Shown: positions 11,453 through 25,270, counted from the first letter of the whole stretch. The stretch: DNA of 63,286 bases, filler included, from Octopus bimaculoides (GCF_001194135.2; 7 parts of 5 records of this genome joined end to end with filler, not necessarily neighbours in it), one strand, 5' to 3'. Numbers and translations are program-made. Notes: generated by a model not told the origin, from the sequence alone.

Positions 11453-11483
<31 letters not shown>
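11341..11483. repeat. (CTA)n followed by (TAA)n microsatellite
   Basis: Direct reading; accounts for the poly-L/S/I ORFs. Confidence 0.95.
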
Positions 11484-11484
<1 letters not shown>

Positions 11485-12034
11485 GAGCATTACATCCGCA
11501 CATACACATACGGCTGTACACATACACACATAGCATTACACCTATAGTACACACATGCACAGGTTCTATTTCACTTCTTTTATAGTAGAACTAGACAGTG
11601 TATTAATTATTGGCATAATGACTCTCTCAAGATACAACACTCTATATACAATATATATAATAAAACCAGCGAAAGATCGAAATCACTTGATCTGGAGTTC
11701 CCCGTGCATAAAACATACTTAGCCACCAGCATGCAATGTATTAACAGCTCAAATGTTTTGTTGAAATTAGTTGTCCTTTGAGTCAAAATTCTCAATTTCT
11801 CACTGAAAAATCTTTGATTTGGAGCCCTCGTCCCAGTAAGGTTGCGCATTTTATATAATAGACCAGGTAACTTTGAATTCATGTGGACTTGCCTCACGCA
11901 AGAAATCATATAAGCTTCGACAAAGTCGTAGTCGATTTTCTGTTGTGGCCGACAACTGAATGTTTATGATTGTAATAACGGCTTATTAATGTGCGTTCGG
12001 TTGCTCCAATATGTGTTTTAGGCTCATAACGGCT

Positions 12035-13250
12035 GTCTGTACACCAGGTTCATTCCAGGAGGCTTTTTCAAATGATACGTTTATCAATTTCAAAGTACAA
12101 AACTCTAACCTCCTTCAGAGTAAGAACTACAAACACTTCAATGCCCTTCATCGTTCCAGCCACTTCATGAAGGCCCCTTGTGAGCCTTCCAAGGGGTATT
12201 GTCCAGGGTCCTTCTCAAAGCCTCCTCCATCTTCTCAATACCGTCAAAACGATTGCCCCTTCAGCTTGGAGGACAGACAAAAGTCATTCACAAGGAGCAA
12301 GATCTATACTGTATGGGTGAGGGACAGTTTTGATGCCTATCACTGCCAAGTAGTCGGTTACCAGGATGAAATTGTAGAATGGTACATTGTCCTGGTGCAG
12401 GTGACAGAGCTGAGTGAAAGATCTCTGAGCTTTAGCGAAGAAATCTCTTCATCACCTCTCTCAAAACCTCCACAAAGTTCTCCTTAGTGACGGTGTTGCC
12501 AGAGGAAACTGAGTGAATGTAAAGGATATCCATGTTGTCGGAAACCGGGATGACACACTTGCTTTGCATTTGCTTTGCATTTGCTTCAGATGGCTTTTTT
12601 GGGTCTGGGAGATCACAATAGCTCAATTAAACACTTTGTCGCTTTGTCTCTGTATCCTTACAGTGGATCCAGCTTATATCACAAGTCATATGGATTGGAG
12701 GAAATGAACTTCATTGTCTCTTTGCTCTCACTGACACGTCTTTCATTCTGTTCGCCCCTAGGTGTCCTGGGAAAAAAGTTTGAACAAATATTGCTAATTT
12801 TCAAGCCTTAATGAATCATTCCGTGTATGCTTATTGTGTTTATAAACACACGAATGTCTCCATTCAGAAAATTGCAATTTTTTTCAACTAACACTGATCG
12901 TCTAACATTCCTCTACATCTCACACTTCTCATCAACTCTCACCACCTCTCTAGCGTCCTTGATGCTTCTGTGCCAGAGAAAGATGCTCGGCTCATAGAAG
13001 TTAATCCATAAGCAGCCGAAATCATTTCATAAGATTCTTCAACGTTTTTGCCCACTGTAACAGAAAAGTTTCTCCTTTAGTGAGCTTCCAAATTGTCCTC
13101 ACGTCGCGATGGCATTCTAGAATCTAGTCAACTGTGATAAGCAATGTTTAATAGAGTACATTAAAAGTGCTGTTCCAGCAGTCTCCTTCCATCTGGAATA
13201 AAAGTTGGCAGGTCAGCTTATTAGATGTATAGTAAGGTTATACTAAAACT
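12035..13250 (-). mobile_element. Decayed mariner DNA transposon
   Basis: Minus-strand remnants TCDISWIHCKDTETKRQS, VSSGNTVTKENFVEVLRE, LHQDNVP (about 12380-12400) and PYSIDLAPCE (about 12282-12318) correspond to the mariner DDD catalytic and YSPDL motifs. Many stops and frameshifts. TIRs were not resolved, so the ends are approximate. Confidence 0.9.
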
Positions 13251-14869
13251 AAACTAAATTAGGACAGTTGTAAATACGTCTCCTTAAAAAATAGTATCAA
13301 ACTATCTGGAATGTATACACATATANNNNNNNNNNNNNNNNNNNNNNNNNNNNNNNNNNNNNNNNNNNNNNNNNNNNNNNNNNNNNNNNNNNNNNNNNNN
13401 NNNNNNNNNNNNNNNNNNNNNNNNNNNNNNNNNNNNNNNNNNNNNNNNNNNNNNNNNNNNNNNNNNNNNNNNNNNNNNNNNNNNNNNNNNNNNNNNNNNN
13501 NNNNNNNNNNNNNNNNNNNNNNNNNNNNNNNNNNNNNNNNNNNNNNNNNNNNNNNNNNNNNNNNNNNNNNNNNNNNNNNNNNNNNNNNNNNNNNNNNNNN
13601 NNNNNNNNNNNNNNNNNNNNNNNNNNNNNNNNNNNNNNNNNNNNNNNNNNNNNNNNNNNNNNNNNNNNNNNNNNNNNNNNNNNNNNNNNNNNNNNNNNNN
13701 NNNNNNNNNNNNNNNNNNNNNNNNNNNNNNNNNNNNNNNNNNNNNNNNNNNNNNNNNNNNNNNNNNNNNNNNNNNNNNNNNNNNNNNNNNNNNNNNNNNN
13801 NNNNNNNNNNNNNNNNNNNATATATATATGCATATATATATATGCATATATATATATGTGTCTGTATATATATATATATATATATATATCATATATGTGT
13901 GTGAGTACGCATGTGTGTGCAAGTGCGCCCGTCTGTGCGTGCGTACGTTCGTATGTTTGTCGGTTTTTGTTACTTTACCCAGTAATCATCAAGTACAAAC
14001 ACAAAACATAATAAACTCGCCAACAGAAGGAACCAATAAAAAATATACAAAAGAAGTGAAAACGAAAAAAAAAGATGAGATGAGTTTGGACAGAGTAATG
14101 TCCATCATGGCTGAAGTAACTAAAGAAAGACTAATTTCTTTCTCCTTTTAACCTGTCTCTCTATCTCTATCTCTTTGTCTCTCCTTCTCTCTCTCTCCCT
14201 CTCTCGTAATATTCGCCCCTCCTCTCTCTACCTTATAATTCTGGCAAAACCTTTTATTTCTTGTCAGGTCTTGTTAGATAAAAGTCAAGATACCACGTGG
14301 CTGATTCGATCTCACTTTGAAACTAAATAAACATAAAAATAAAATATAAAAAACAACAACAAAAAGAATAAAACAAGGATAAGTTGAAACAAAACAGACA
14401 CGTTATTTCTTCGAAGAGGTAGAAGCGGAAGAGGCGAAGGTGGAGAACGAAGGGGAAAGATTGTCTAAATTAGGTGTCTAATTCACTAGTCCGTCTGCCA
14501 ATACAATGATAGTGGTTTCATTTGATGTGACTAAAAGTCAAAGATGTTATTCCTTCAAAGATATTCTTGTTAGAGAGTGGGGCGCGGAGACGAAGGACCG
14601 GGAGGAAGAGTAATGGTACTAAAGAGCAAAACAACACAACACAAAACACAACAAAAATAGTGATAATAGAACATAACATAACATAAATATAGAAAACGAG
14701 AAACAATGACAAAATGGCGTTGTTGAAATGAAATAAAGAAAGGAATAAAGAAATCCAGTTTCACGAAACGGTTTCGATTTTTAGCTGAAATAAATACTAT
14801 TTCTACAGTTATTGGAATATTATTATTATTATTATTATTACTATTATTATTATTATTATTTTTACTAAG

Positions 14870-15052
14870 GTGGTAAGTTAGTAGAAGCGTTAACACGTCG
14901 GGAAAAATGCTTAGTAGCATTTCATCCGTCCTTACGTTCTGAGTTCAAATTTTGCCGAGGTCGGCTTTGCTATTCATCATTTCAGAGATGATGAAATAAG
15001 TGCCAGTTACGTATTGGGGCCGGTATAATTGACTAGCCCCCTCCCACCAAAT
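14870..15052 (+). mobile_element. SINE (family of 3783-4030)
   Basis: TAAGGTGGTAAGTTAGTAGAAGCGTTAACACGTCGG...TTCTGAGTTCAAATTTTGCCGAGGTCG...ATAAGTGCCAG. Confidence 0.8.
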
Positions 15053-15094
15053 TATTATAATAATAATAATAATAATTATTATTATTATTATAAT

Positions 15095-15846
15095 TTCTCT
15101 TTATAACAAGATTTGTTGGAGCACCTGGAGTCTTGCATACGTAGCGAACTTACTACCTGCAGCCTACGGTACCATGCTCTCCATTCTTTTCACCTATCTA
15201 ATACTTTCCAGATTATTCTGGCCGTGTCAAGGAGGCAAGCTTTTTGTAACAATTCTACCGGGCCCTCTGTTCCAATTTCCTTTGTATTCTCCTTGATACC
15301 TTCTGATACTGTTCCCAAGGATCCAAGAAAAAGTGGCACTATCTTCACCTTCTTCATCTTCTATAGCCGGGTTATTTCATAATTAAGAGGGTTGTATTTA
15401 TCTAACTTTCACCTTCCTTCTTGACTATTCGTGGGTCAAGGGGGCATGCGAAATTAACTATATAGCACATGTAGCGTACGTTGTCCGCCACCACTCGGTC
15501 TGGTCTGTTATGTTCTAGCATCTGATCTAGTTGGATTGGGAAATCGCAAGGGATTTTGCTATTGTCCGCCTCCGCCACTCTCTGCGGTATGTGCGCATGT
15601 CACGTCTTGCCCTTCTCTAACACCCACTTTTTGCACATTTTCCAATGTAGCACTTTCGCTACCTGATCGTATCGCCACAGCTTGTAGTGGTTTTGGGCAA
15701 GTCTAGGGCATTCGCTCGTGATATAGGCAAGGGTTTCACTCACCCTATTACAGATGCGACGCAGCGGAGAGACTTGCTCATTTGTAAGGTTGACCCTCCA
15801 GTTTGTGTTCAAAGCTTGGTCTTTCGGTGCCAGTATAGTGCTCTCG

Positions 15847-15847
<1 letters not shown>
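15095..15847 (-). mobile_element. 5'-truncated R4/Dong-type (RLE) LINE in a (TAA)n tract
   Basis: RICNRVSETLAYITSECPRLAQNHYKLWRYDQVAKVLHWKMCKKW (degenerate CCHC knuckle), then a MLEHNRPD-like endonuclease remnant. (TAA)n/(TTA)n lies on both flanks (15056-15092, 15848-15903). Confidence 0.85.
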
Positions 15848-15904
<57 letters not shown>

Positions 15905-18900
15905 CTTATTATTGATTTTCATCAAATACCTATTGCTCAATAGTAACTTAGTTAGAAGTTACAACTGCATGACTTTACTGTATGCTTATTGTACAAAAGC
16001 AAAGAATTTTAATTAGAATTCAGCAGAATTATCTGAACAAACCGTTATTTTAATCAAAAATACTTTTGAAAATAATTATATATAATACATAAGTAAAATT
16101 ATAATATAAACAAAGGAAGGCAACTCATATAGGGGAGACGACACCAACATTTTAATTGATTGAAATTAATTGCTATAGTTTGCAGAAGATGGGTTTCGGG
16201 GTTCCGATTTACATGGATATTTGATAGCGAATTCGAAGTTTCGCTTGAAACGGCATGTCAGTATTACTGACGAGTTTTCGCGTTAAAATTTTGAAGACAG
16301 ATCCTGTATGTAGTTTTGTCTACTACTAATAACTATAATGGCGTCTATCATAACAATGATGATAACGACAATGATGTTGATGATAATGATGATGAGGATA
16401 ATAGAGTTATATAGTCTGATTGGTCGATAGAGAGATAGCTGCCCCTCTCTCTCTCCCTCTGTGTGAGTCTGTGTATATATATATATATATATNNNNNNNN
16501 NNNNNNNNNNNNNNNNNNNNNNNNNNNNNNNNNNNNNNNNNNNNNNNNNNNNNNNNNNNNNNNNNNNNNNNNNNNNNNNNNNNNNNNNNNNNNNNNNNNN
16601 NNNNNNNNNNNNNNNNNNNNNNNNNNNNNNNNNNNNNNNNNNNNNNNNNNNNNNNNNNNNNNNNNNNNNNNNNNNNNNNNNNNNNNNNNNNNNNNNNNNN
16701 NNNNNNNNNNNNNNNNNNNNNNNNNNNNNNNNNNNNNNNNNNNNNNNNNNNNNNNNNNNNNNNNNNNNNNNNNNNNNNNNNNNNNNNNNNNNNNNNNNNN
16801 NNNNNNNNNNNNNNNNNNNNNNNNNNNNNNNNNNNNNNNNNNNNNNNNNNNNNNNNNNNNNNNNNNNNNNNNNNNNNNNNNNNNNNNNNNNNNNNNNNNN
16901 NNNNNNNNNNNNNNNNNNNNNNNNNNNNNNNNNNNNNNNNNNNNNNNNNNNNNNNNNNNNNNNNNNNNNNNNNNNNNNNNNNNNNNNNNNNNNNNNNNNN
17001 NNNNNNNNNNNNNNNNNNNNNNNNNNNNNNNNNNNNNNNNNNNNNNNNNNNNNNNNNNNNNNNNNNNNNNNNNNNNNNNNNNNNNNNNNNNNNNNNNNNN
17101 NNNNNNNNNNNNNNNNNNNNNNNNNNNNNNNNNNNNNNNNNNNNNNNNNNNNNNNNNNNNNNNNNNNNNNNNNNNNNNNNNNNNNNNNNNNNNNNNNNNN
17201 NNNNNNNNNNNNNNNNNNNNNNNNNNNNNNNNNNNNNNNNNNNNNNNNNNNNNNNNNNNNNNNNNNNNNNNNNNNNNNNNNNNNNNNNNNNNNNNNNNNN
17301 NNNNNNNNNNNNNNNNNNNNNNNNNNNNNNNNNNNNNNNNNNNNNNNNNNNNNNNNNNNNNNNNNNNNNNNNNNNNNNNNNNNNNNNNNNNNNNNNNNNN
17401 NNNNNNNNNNNNNNNNNNNNNNNNNNNNNNNNNNNNNNNNNNNNNNNNNNNNNATATACATATATATCATATACACACATACACATAAACACACACTCGC
17501 ACGCACACATGCATACTATTTGCTCGTATGCATTTATCTACGCATCTATCGACTAACTGTTTTGGGGTGTGAGCGTGTGTGTGCGTATTTGGTAACGTGT
17601 GTACGTGTGTGCGCGTGTTTGTGCATATGTATATATTCATACAGACACAGACACGCACAAATATATATACACGAATGCATACGTCCATACATACACCCAT
17701 ACATGCATACATACGCATATACATACATACGTACATACATACTGTTAACCAACAGTGTTTTCAACGCTAATGTAAAGCGGTTTGTGTACATATTGGCCTT
17801 TAGCTTATCGATGCACTGTATGTAATAGATGACTGCAAACACCTTTGTTGTTATATAAGATATCTACGTGGACTTAAACAAATATATTATACATACAGAT
17901 GTATTTGCATTCATCAGTGTTGTCTAAATATGATAGAAAGGTAGATGGACAGNNNNNNNNNNNNNNNNNNNNNNNNNNNNNNNNNNNNNNNNNNNNNNNN
18001 NNNNNNNNNNNNNNNNNNNNNNNNNNNNNNNNNNNNNNNNNNNNNNNNNNNNNNNNNNNNNNNNNNNNNNNNNNNNNNNNNNNNNNNNNNNNNNNNNNNN
18101 NNNNNNNNNNNNNNNNNNNNNNNNNNNNNNNNNNNNNNNNNNNNNNNNNNNNNNNNNNNNNNNNNNNNNNNNNNNNNNNNNNNNNNNNNNNNNNNNNNNN
18201 NNNNNNNNNNNNNNNNNNNNNNNNNNNNNNNNNNNNNNNNNNNNNNNNNNNNNNNNNNNNNNNNNNNNNNNNNNNNNNNNNNNNNNNNNNNNNNNNNNNN
18301 NNNNNNNNNNNNNNNNNNNNNNNNNNNNNNNNNNNNNNNNNNNNNNNNNNNNNNNNNNNNNNNNNNNNNNNNNNNNNNNNNNNNNNNNNNNNNNNNNNNN
18401 NNNNNNNNNNNNNNNNNNNNNNNNNNNNNNNNNNNNNNNNNNNNNNNNNNNNNNNNNNNNNNNNNNNNNNNNNNNNNNNNNNNNNNNNNNNNNNNNNNNN
18501 NNNNNNNNNNNNNNNNNNNNNNNNNNNNNNNNNNNNNNNNNNNNNNNNNNNNNNNNNNNNNNNNNNNNNNNNNNNNNNNNNNNNNNNNNNNNNNNNNNNN
18601 NNNNNNNNNNNNNNNNNNNNNNNNNNNNNNNNNNNNNNNNNNNNNNNNNNNNNNNNNNNNNNNNNNNNNNNNNNNNNNNNNNNNNNNNNNNNNNNNNNNN
18701 NNNNNNNNNNNNNNNNNNNNNNNNNNNNNNNNNNNNNNNNNNNNNNNNNNNNNNNNNNNNNNNNNACATACATACATACATACATACATACATACATACA
18801 TACATACAGACATACATACAAACATACATACATACATATATACATACATATTTTCATGCATACATACATACATACAAACATACATACATATATACATACA

Positions 18901-20179
18901 TAAATTTAATAGATTAACAGACAAACAGGCAGATAAATATACTGTTAGATGGATAAATAGGTAGACTAGATAGATAGATAGATAGATAGATAGCTCTATA
19001 AATAAACGGATGTGTGTTTGCATGTATTAACAAGATAGAAAATATTCCGATACAGTCAGCTTCAGTTCTTAAAATTTGGCGTCAAACATCAAAGTTGAGA
19101 GGCCTAGCGGGGGGAATTTGTTGTCGTAGCTGAAGGCTTTCTGTTGACATGACATTGTCAGTTCCTTAGTATTGCGTTCGAGAAAATGGTAATGAAGAAT
19201 GTGTTGCAAATATGTCAGAGAAAATAGCAGCTTCACTAGGAACTGCATAATTAGGGTTTTGCAGCGACGGAAGAAAAATAGGAAAATATCTTCTTCGGAG
19301 ATATTTTCAGAGAAGTTCAATAAGTAAATGGGAATAATTCAGAGAATTACAGTTAAGATTTTGGCAACGAAGAATATTTATATCTTTAGAATTTGCGGCA
19401 TTCCTAACTGTGAACCCGAAAGAAGACAAAAAGTGCAGGAATATATTAAAATCATTATTTTAAGTTTATTTCTTCAAATCCCAATCTTTTTATATAACTA
19501 GAAAATATTTCAGAAGCAACGAAAAGATATATGAAAAAATAAAATCAGTAAGCACCAAATGATAAAGTGTAATTAGTTCAGTGTTGAAGAAAAAAAAAAA
19601 AGAGGAAGAGGGTTAAATGTTTTGGAAAATTTTCCTTTCTCGCGAAAAAGAAAAGAGGAAAGGAATATAACAAAAAAGAAAGAAAAGCTGGAATGTTCTG
19701 TGAAGGAAAGGATCTTTCTGTTGGTTCTTTCTGATTAAAACTTTTTGTTTTTGATCAATCCCATATCAACTCTGTTCGAGTAAAACTATGACAAAAGTTA
19801 TTCTAGACTTATGAACAGTATAACACATTAGGATGGTATGGATGGTATGAGTGGAATGGAAGGAGCAGAATATCTCTAAGAATGAATATCATGGAACGTG
19901 CTGATGGTACGGAAGATACGTAATATTTAAATATGAAGAAGAAAGTGATAGAAACTGGAAGACTTAAATGTAACAATTGTTTAACGTGACGTTGTATGTT
20001 ATAAAAGGGAATAAGCGATCATTGTAGACGTAATGAACTTAATACAGTGGATCACCATCGAAAGATTATAGTGTTTTTTTTTATGTAATATAGGCGCAGA
20101 TGTAGCTCTCTGATAAAAGACATGTAGTAGAAATTTGTAATATTTCTTATTACTCTGATATTATTAATTATATATATAT

Positions 20180-20345
20180 ATATATACATTCGACAGGGTT
20201 CTTTCAGTTTTCACTCACAAGTCTTTGGTCGTCCACTGGCTGAAATAGCGAACATTCACCGAAGGTCCGACGCAATTGGAGTGAACCCAAAACAATGTGG
20301 TTGGGAAGCAAAATTCTACCACACCCACGCTTGCTCCTAATATAT
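20180..20345 (-). mobile_element. Degenerate 5' half of the tRNA-derived SINE
   Basis: The reverse complement matches 62436-62575 (CTTTCAGTTT...CACAAGTCTTTGGTCG...TGAACCC...ATGTGGTTGG). Confidence 0.7.
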
Positions 20346-20440
20346 ATGTGTATATATATGCACACACACACATAACCATACATTCACACATAGTATGAAT
20401 GTATGCATAGCTATTCATACATATTCATACATACATATAT

Positions 20441-20537
<97 letters not shown>

Positions 20538-20804
20538 TATACCTATACACACACACATGTATGTATACATACATGCACATATACATACACGCATACATAA
20601 ATTCTTACATACCTACATATATACACGCACACACACACATATTTACATAGCGACACAGACAGATACAGCACATATAAGCAAACAGACATTTGCAAGGAAC
20701 TACTGAACAAACGCTTCGAAATAAAACTTGTACCAAAACATAATCGTACATACAAAATTGCACGAACATACACTCACATGTAGACAGACACTGACAGGAA
20801 CTCA

Positions 20805-20852
<48 letters not shown>

Positions 20853-21243
20853 AACACATGCATATACACATATGCACATGGACTTACACATGAACATGCC
20901 TATATGCATATATTATATATGTATATATATGTGTGTGTGCATGTGCCTATTCAACAAGGAATGCAAAAAGACTGTTTATCCATACTTGTGTGTGTGTGTG
21001 TCTGTGTGTGTGTGTGTGTGTGAGTGTGTGTGTGTGTGCATATAAATCTTTCAAAACATATCTCTCCTCATGAATGCATACATTCATTGCATACACGCTC
21101 ACACACATATCGTAATACATATATACATACACATACATATTTATTTGTGTAATAGTTGTGTGTAAATATACACATATTTGCATACCTACTTAGCTATATG
21201 CTAGACATACACACACACACACAGACACACAGACACACACACA

Positions 21244-21279
<36 letters not shown>

Positions 21280-21381
21280 CACACGCACACATAATTCCAG
21301 TTAAAAATACATTGGTGTATTTAAAAACGTGTGCTTGGAAATTCAATATATAATTGTATGCATGAGTGTGCGCGCATATAT

Positions 21382-21481
21382 NNNNNNNNNNNNNNNNNNN
21401 NNNNNNNNNNNNNNNNNNNNNNNNNTTAATTAATTAANNNNNNNNNNNNNNNNNNNNNNNNNNNNNNNNNNNNNNNNNNNN
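21382..21481. other. Artificial 100-bp scaffolding linker N44-TTAATTAATTAA-N44; the 12-mer also occurs at 36905, 54052, 57577, 59118 and 61875
   Basis: The same 12-mer, with stops in all six frames, sits centred in an N run six times. Confidence 0.95.
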
Positions 21482-21744
21482 TGTCTCGTAGCTTTTGCCG
21501 TTGTCGTTGTTGTTGTTTAACCCTCGGTCAGCCCAGATATGTATGATGAAAGATATTCCGGCTACGACTGTCCCGTTTCTTTCCTCTGTATAAAGAACCT
21601 AAGAACACAATGTCTAATATCATTTTTGATGACAAGCTAAGATTTGAAACGAAATTTGGTTGCTATTTCTTGGAGATCGAGCGACCACGTAGAGGCTCCT
21701 TGATTTGTCGTGACAGTATATAAGTGTAGTGGGTAGCGATTTTC

Positions 21745-22140
21745 TTCACTACTTCAGGGAGTGACGACCCTGCCTGACACGAGTCCCGGACTCAGCTGGC
21801 TCCAGCTGACAGTACCCTGTATGGGCCCCTATCCAGGGTTACGGAAAGGAGACAACCTTCAAAGAAATCCGGGGTGGAGCCCCGTAGGCGGTTTAATGTT
21901 CGACTCGACACTCTTGCGGCAGCTCCTGCAACCAAGCTGGTGCCAAACGTAATGCTCTGCACTCCTTTGGACTACGTCAGTAAGGTCGAGAGAGGAATCC
22001 TGACGATTGGGCTACCCAGGATTTTCTTACATCTAGCCCAGGCCTGCGCAAAACTGGAGAGGAAACCGGAGAGGACATGAAATGTGAAAACCAGACTGGG
22101 TTAGTTTATGCACAACTCCATTGTCTCCCGAGACAAAAGG
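21745..22140 (+). other. Unclassified GC-rich repeat-like fragment, possibly a LINE 5' UTR
   Basis: Abrupt GC rise, several hairpins and no ORF homology; ends in (AAC)n. Confidence 0.25.
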
Positions 22141-22142
22141 AT

Positions 22143-22754
22143 GCTAACAACAACAACAACAACAACAACAACAATATAAGTGTAGATTGGTGATGGTGGT
22201 GATAATTATTGTGGTGGTGGTGGTAACGGGAATTAGGAGTTGGAGTGGTGGGTGGAGTGGAAAGAGGTAATAAGCCAAACTAAGGATTGTAATTAAATAA
22301 ACCAAACTGAATGTAAAGACGAAGTGAAGAAAGAACGCAGAGAAAGGAGGAGGAGGGGAAGAGGAGGAAGGGAGGAGGGTAAAGAGGGGAGTAAACACGA
22401 CGATGATGATAATGATGACGATGATAATGATGATGAAGGCGGTGGTAGTGGTGGTAGTGGTGGTGGTGGTGGTGGTGGTGGTGATGACGATGATGATTGT
22501 GACCATGACATCGACAACAAAGACGACGATGGTGATGATGATGACGGTGATGACAATGATGACGATGATAGTGGTGGTGGTGATGGTGGTGGTGATGGTA
22601 ATGGTGGTGGTGATGACATCGACAACAACAACGACGATGATGATGATGATGATGATGATGATGGTGATGACAATGATGACGATGATGGTGGTGGTGGTGA
22701 TGACATCGACAACAAAACGACGACGACGACGACTATGATGATGATAGTAATAAC

Positions 22755-22800
<46 letters not shown>

Positions 22801-22930
22801 AGGATGGTGTTGTGTAGGAGGATGTGGAAGAGGACGAGGACAACGACGAAGTCACGACTACGACGATGACGACGACGACGACGATGACAACGAACGATGA
22901 TTATGATAACAATAGTGATGACGACGAACG
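22143..22930. repeat. Mosaic (GGT)n/(GAT)n/(GAC)n trinucleotide array with a recurring GATGACATCGACAACAA-like module
   Basis: The module recurs at about 22504 (as CATGACATCGACAACAA), 22613 and 22700, each after a GGT/GAT-rich run. Confidence 0.9.
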
Positions 22931-23249
22931 AGCAGATAAAAAAACAAAAGAACCCCAAAACAGAAGAAAAGAAATAATTAGAATAAGGCTAACAATGAGT
23001 AAATGAATGAAAGAATGAATGAATGTCTGGGTGTGTGTGTGTGTGTAGGTGGGGGCAGACGGATGATGAATTCTCTGGCATCTGCATTTGGATGACACGA
23101 TGAAATATTGTCTTTTGCTCGATAGACAAGCATGAGAATGAGTCAACAACGGTCATGGGGGTAATAGGTTTACCAACTCATATTGTCTTCTGAATTCTTG
23201 TTCCGTCGTATGTCTACGCAGCGCATTTTTCATGTGTACATGTGCGTGC

Positions 23250-23282
<33 letters not shown>

Positions 23283-23621
23283 NNNNNNNNNNNNNNNNNN
23301 NNNNNNNNNNNNNNNNNNNNNNNNNNNNNNNNNNNNNNNNNNNNNNNNNNNNNNNNNNNNNNNNNNNNNNNNNNNNNNNNNNNNNNNNNNNNNNNNNNNN
23401 NNNNNNNNNNNNNNNNNNNNNNNNNNNNNNNNNNNNNNNNNNNNNNNNNNNNNNNNNNNNNNNNNNNNNNNNNNNNNNNNNNNNNNNNNNNNNNNNNNNN
23501 NNNNNNNNNNNNNNNNNNNNNNNNNNNNNNNNNNNNNNNNNNNNNNNNNNNNNNNNNNNNNNNNNNNNNNNNNNNNNNNNNNNNNNNNNNNNNNNNNNNN
23601 NNNNNNNNNNNNNNNNNNNNN

Positions 23622-23654
<33 letters not shown>

Positions 23655-23811
23655 ATGTATCTATACATATATGTATATATATGCATTTGTGTATGTGCGT
23701 GTGTGTGTGTATATATTTATATGTATATATAGTGTATATATACATATATATATACACATACTTATGTTTTGGTATATATGCTTTATATATATATGTACGT
23801 GTGTGTACGTG

Positions 23812-23850
<39 letters not shown>

Positions 23851-24400
23851 GTATATATTTATATATATGTGTGTATGTATCTATACATATATGTATATGT
23901 ATATGCATGTGTGCATGTGTGTATACGTGTGTGTGTGCATATATATATATGTACACATGCATATGTATATATATACTTTATATATATACGCATGGATATA
24001 TAAGTATATATATGCACAACTATATATATATATATATATATATGCACAACTATATATGTATATATATATATATATATNNNNNNNNNNNNNNNNNNNNNNN
24101 NNNNNNNNNNNNNNNNNNNNNNNNNNNNNNNNNNNNNNNNNNNNNNNNNNNNNNNNNNNNNNNNNNNNNNNNNNNNNNNNNNNNNNNNNNNNNNNNNNNN
24201 NNNNNNNNNNNNNNNNNNNNNNNNNNNNNNNNNNNNNNNNNNNNNNNNNAATGTCTATAAGAAAAGAAAAGAAAAAAAAAGAACCAAAAGAAATATAGCA
24301 AAATATCCAACAAGACACAAAAGCACAAAACAGAAACTGCAAAACAAAAGAAAACATTTTGCAGCATATATTTTTAAATAGACAGAAAATATGCATATAT

Positions 24401-25270
24401 CCTTTTCTACTCTAGGCACAAGGCCCGAAATTTTTGAGGATGGGGCCTGTCGATTAGATTGACCCCAATACGCAACTGGTACTTAATTTATCGACCCTAA
24501 AAGGATGAAAGGCAAAGTCGACCTAGGTGGAATTTGAACTCAGAACGTAATGATGGACGAAATACCACTAAGCATATCGCCCGGCGTGCTAACATTTCTA
24601 CTGGTTTGCGGCCTTAAAATAATTATTTCTACTCTAGGCACAAGGCCATGAAAATTTTTGGGGAAAGGGGCTAGTCGATTACATCGACCCCTGTGCGTAA
24701 CAGGTACGTAATTTATCGACCCCGAAAGGATGAATGACAAAGTCGACCTCGGCGAAATTTGAGCTCAGAACACAAAGACAGACAAAATAACGCTGAGCAT
24801 TTCACCCGAAGTGCTAACGTTTCTGCCAGCTCGCCGCCTAAAATATCCTTTTTCTACTCTAGGCACAAGGCTCGAAATTTTTGTGGGAGGGAACCAGTCG
24901 ATTAGATCAACTCCAGTACGCAACTCGTACTTAATTTATCGACCCCGAAAAGATGAACCTCAAAGTCGACCTAAGCGGAATTTGAGCTCAGGACGTAAAG
25001 AAATACCGCTAAGCATTTGGCCCGGCGTGCTAACGTTTCTTATTTCTTCATTGCTCACAAGAGGCTAAACATAGATGGGATAAACAAGGACAAAGGGATT
25101 AAGTCGATTACATTGACCTCAGTGCGTAACTGGTACTTATTTAATCGATCCCAAAAGGATGAAAGACTAAGTCGACCTCGGCGGAATCTGAACTCAGAAC
25201 GTAAAGACAGACGATATACAGCTAAGAATTTCTCCCGGCGTGCTAACGTTTCTGCCAGCTCGTTGCCTTA
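24401..25270 (-). mobile_element. Head-to-tail array of four diverged SINE copies
   Basis: Tail motif CTACTCTAGGCACAAGG at about 24406, 24628 and 24853. The fourth copy (about 25049-25269) has a different tail. All four share the TACTTA(A)TTTA(A)TCGA...AAAGTCGACCT...TCAG(A/G)AC body. Confidence 0.9.

Noticed and set aside
16265-16300. CUGACGA heptamer (also at about 26447, 31685, 33240 and 50005)
   Set aside because: No stem II plus GAAA in register; such heptamers are expected by chance, and some lie inside TE coding remnants.
21870-21960. HDV-like ribozyme impression (GGAGC...UCUUGCGG-CAGCUCC)
   Set aside because: Only a 5-bp P1 forms. P3, P1.1 and P2 cannot be built from this copy.
22011-22050. 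CUGACGA followed by the UUGGG/CCCAG hairpin
   Set aside because: It is followed by GAUU rather than GAAA and has no stem I or III.
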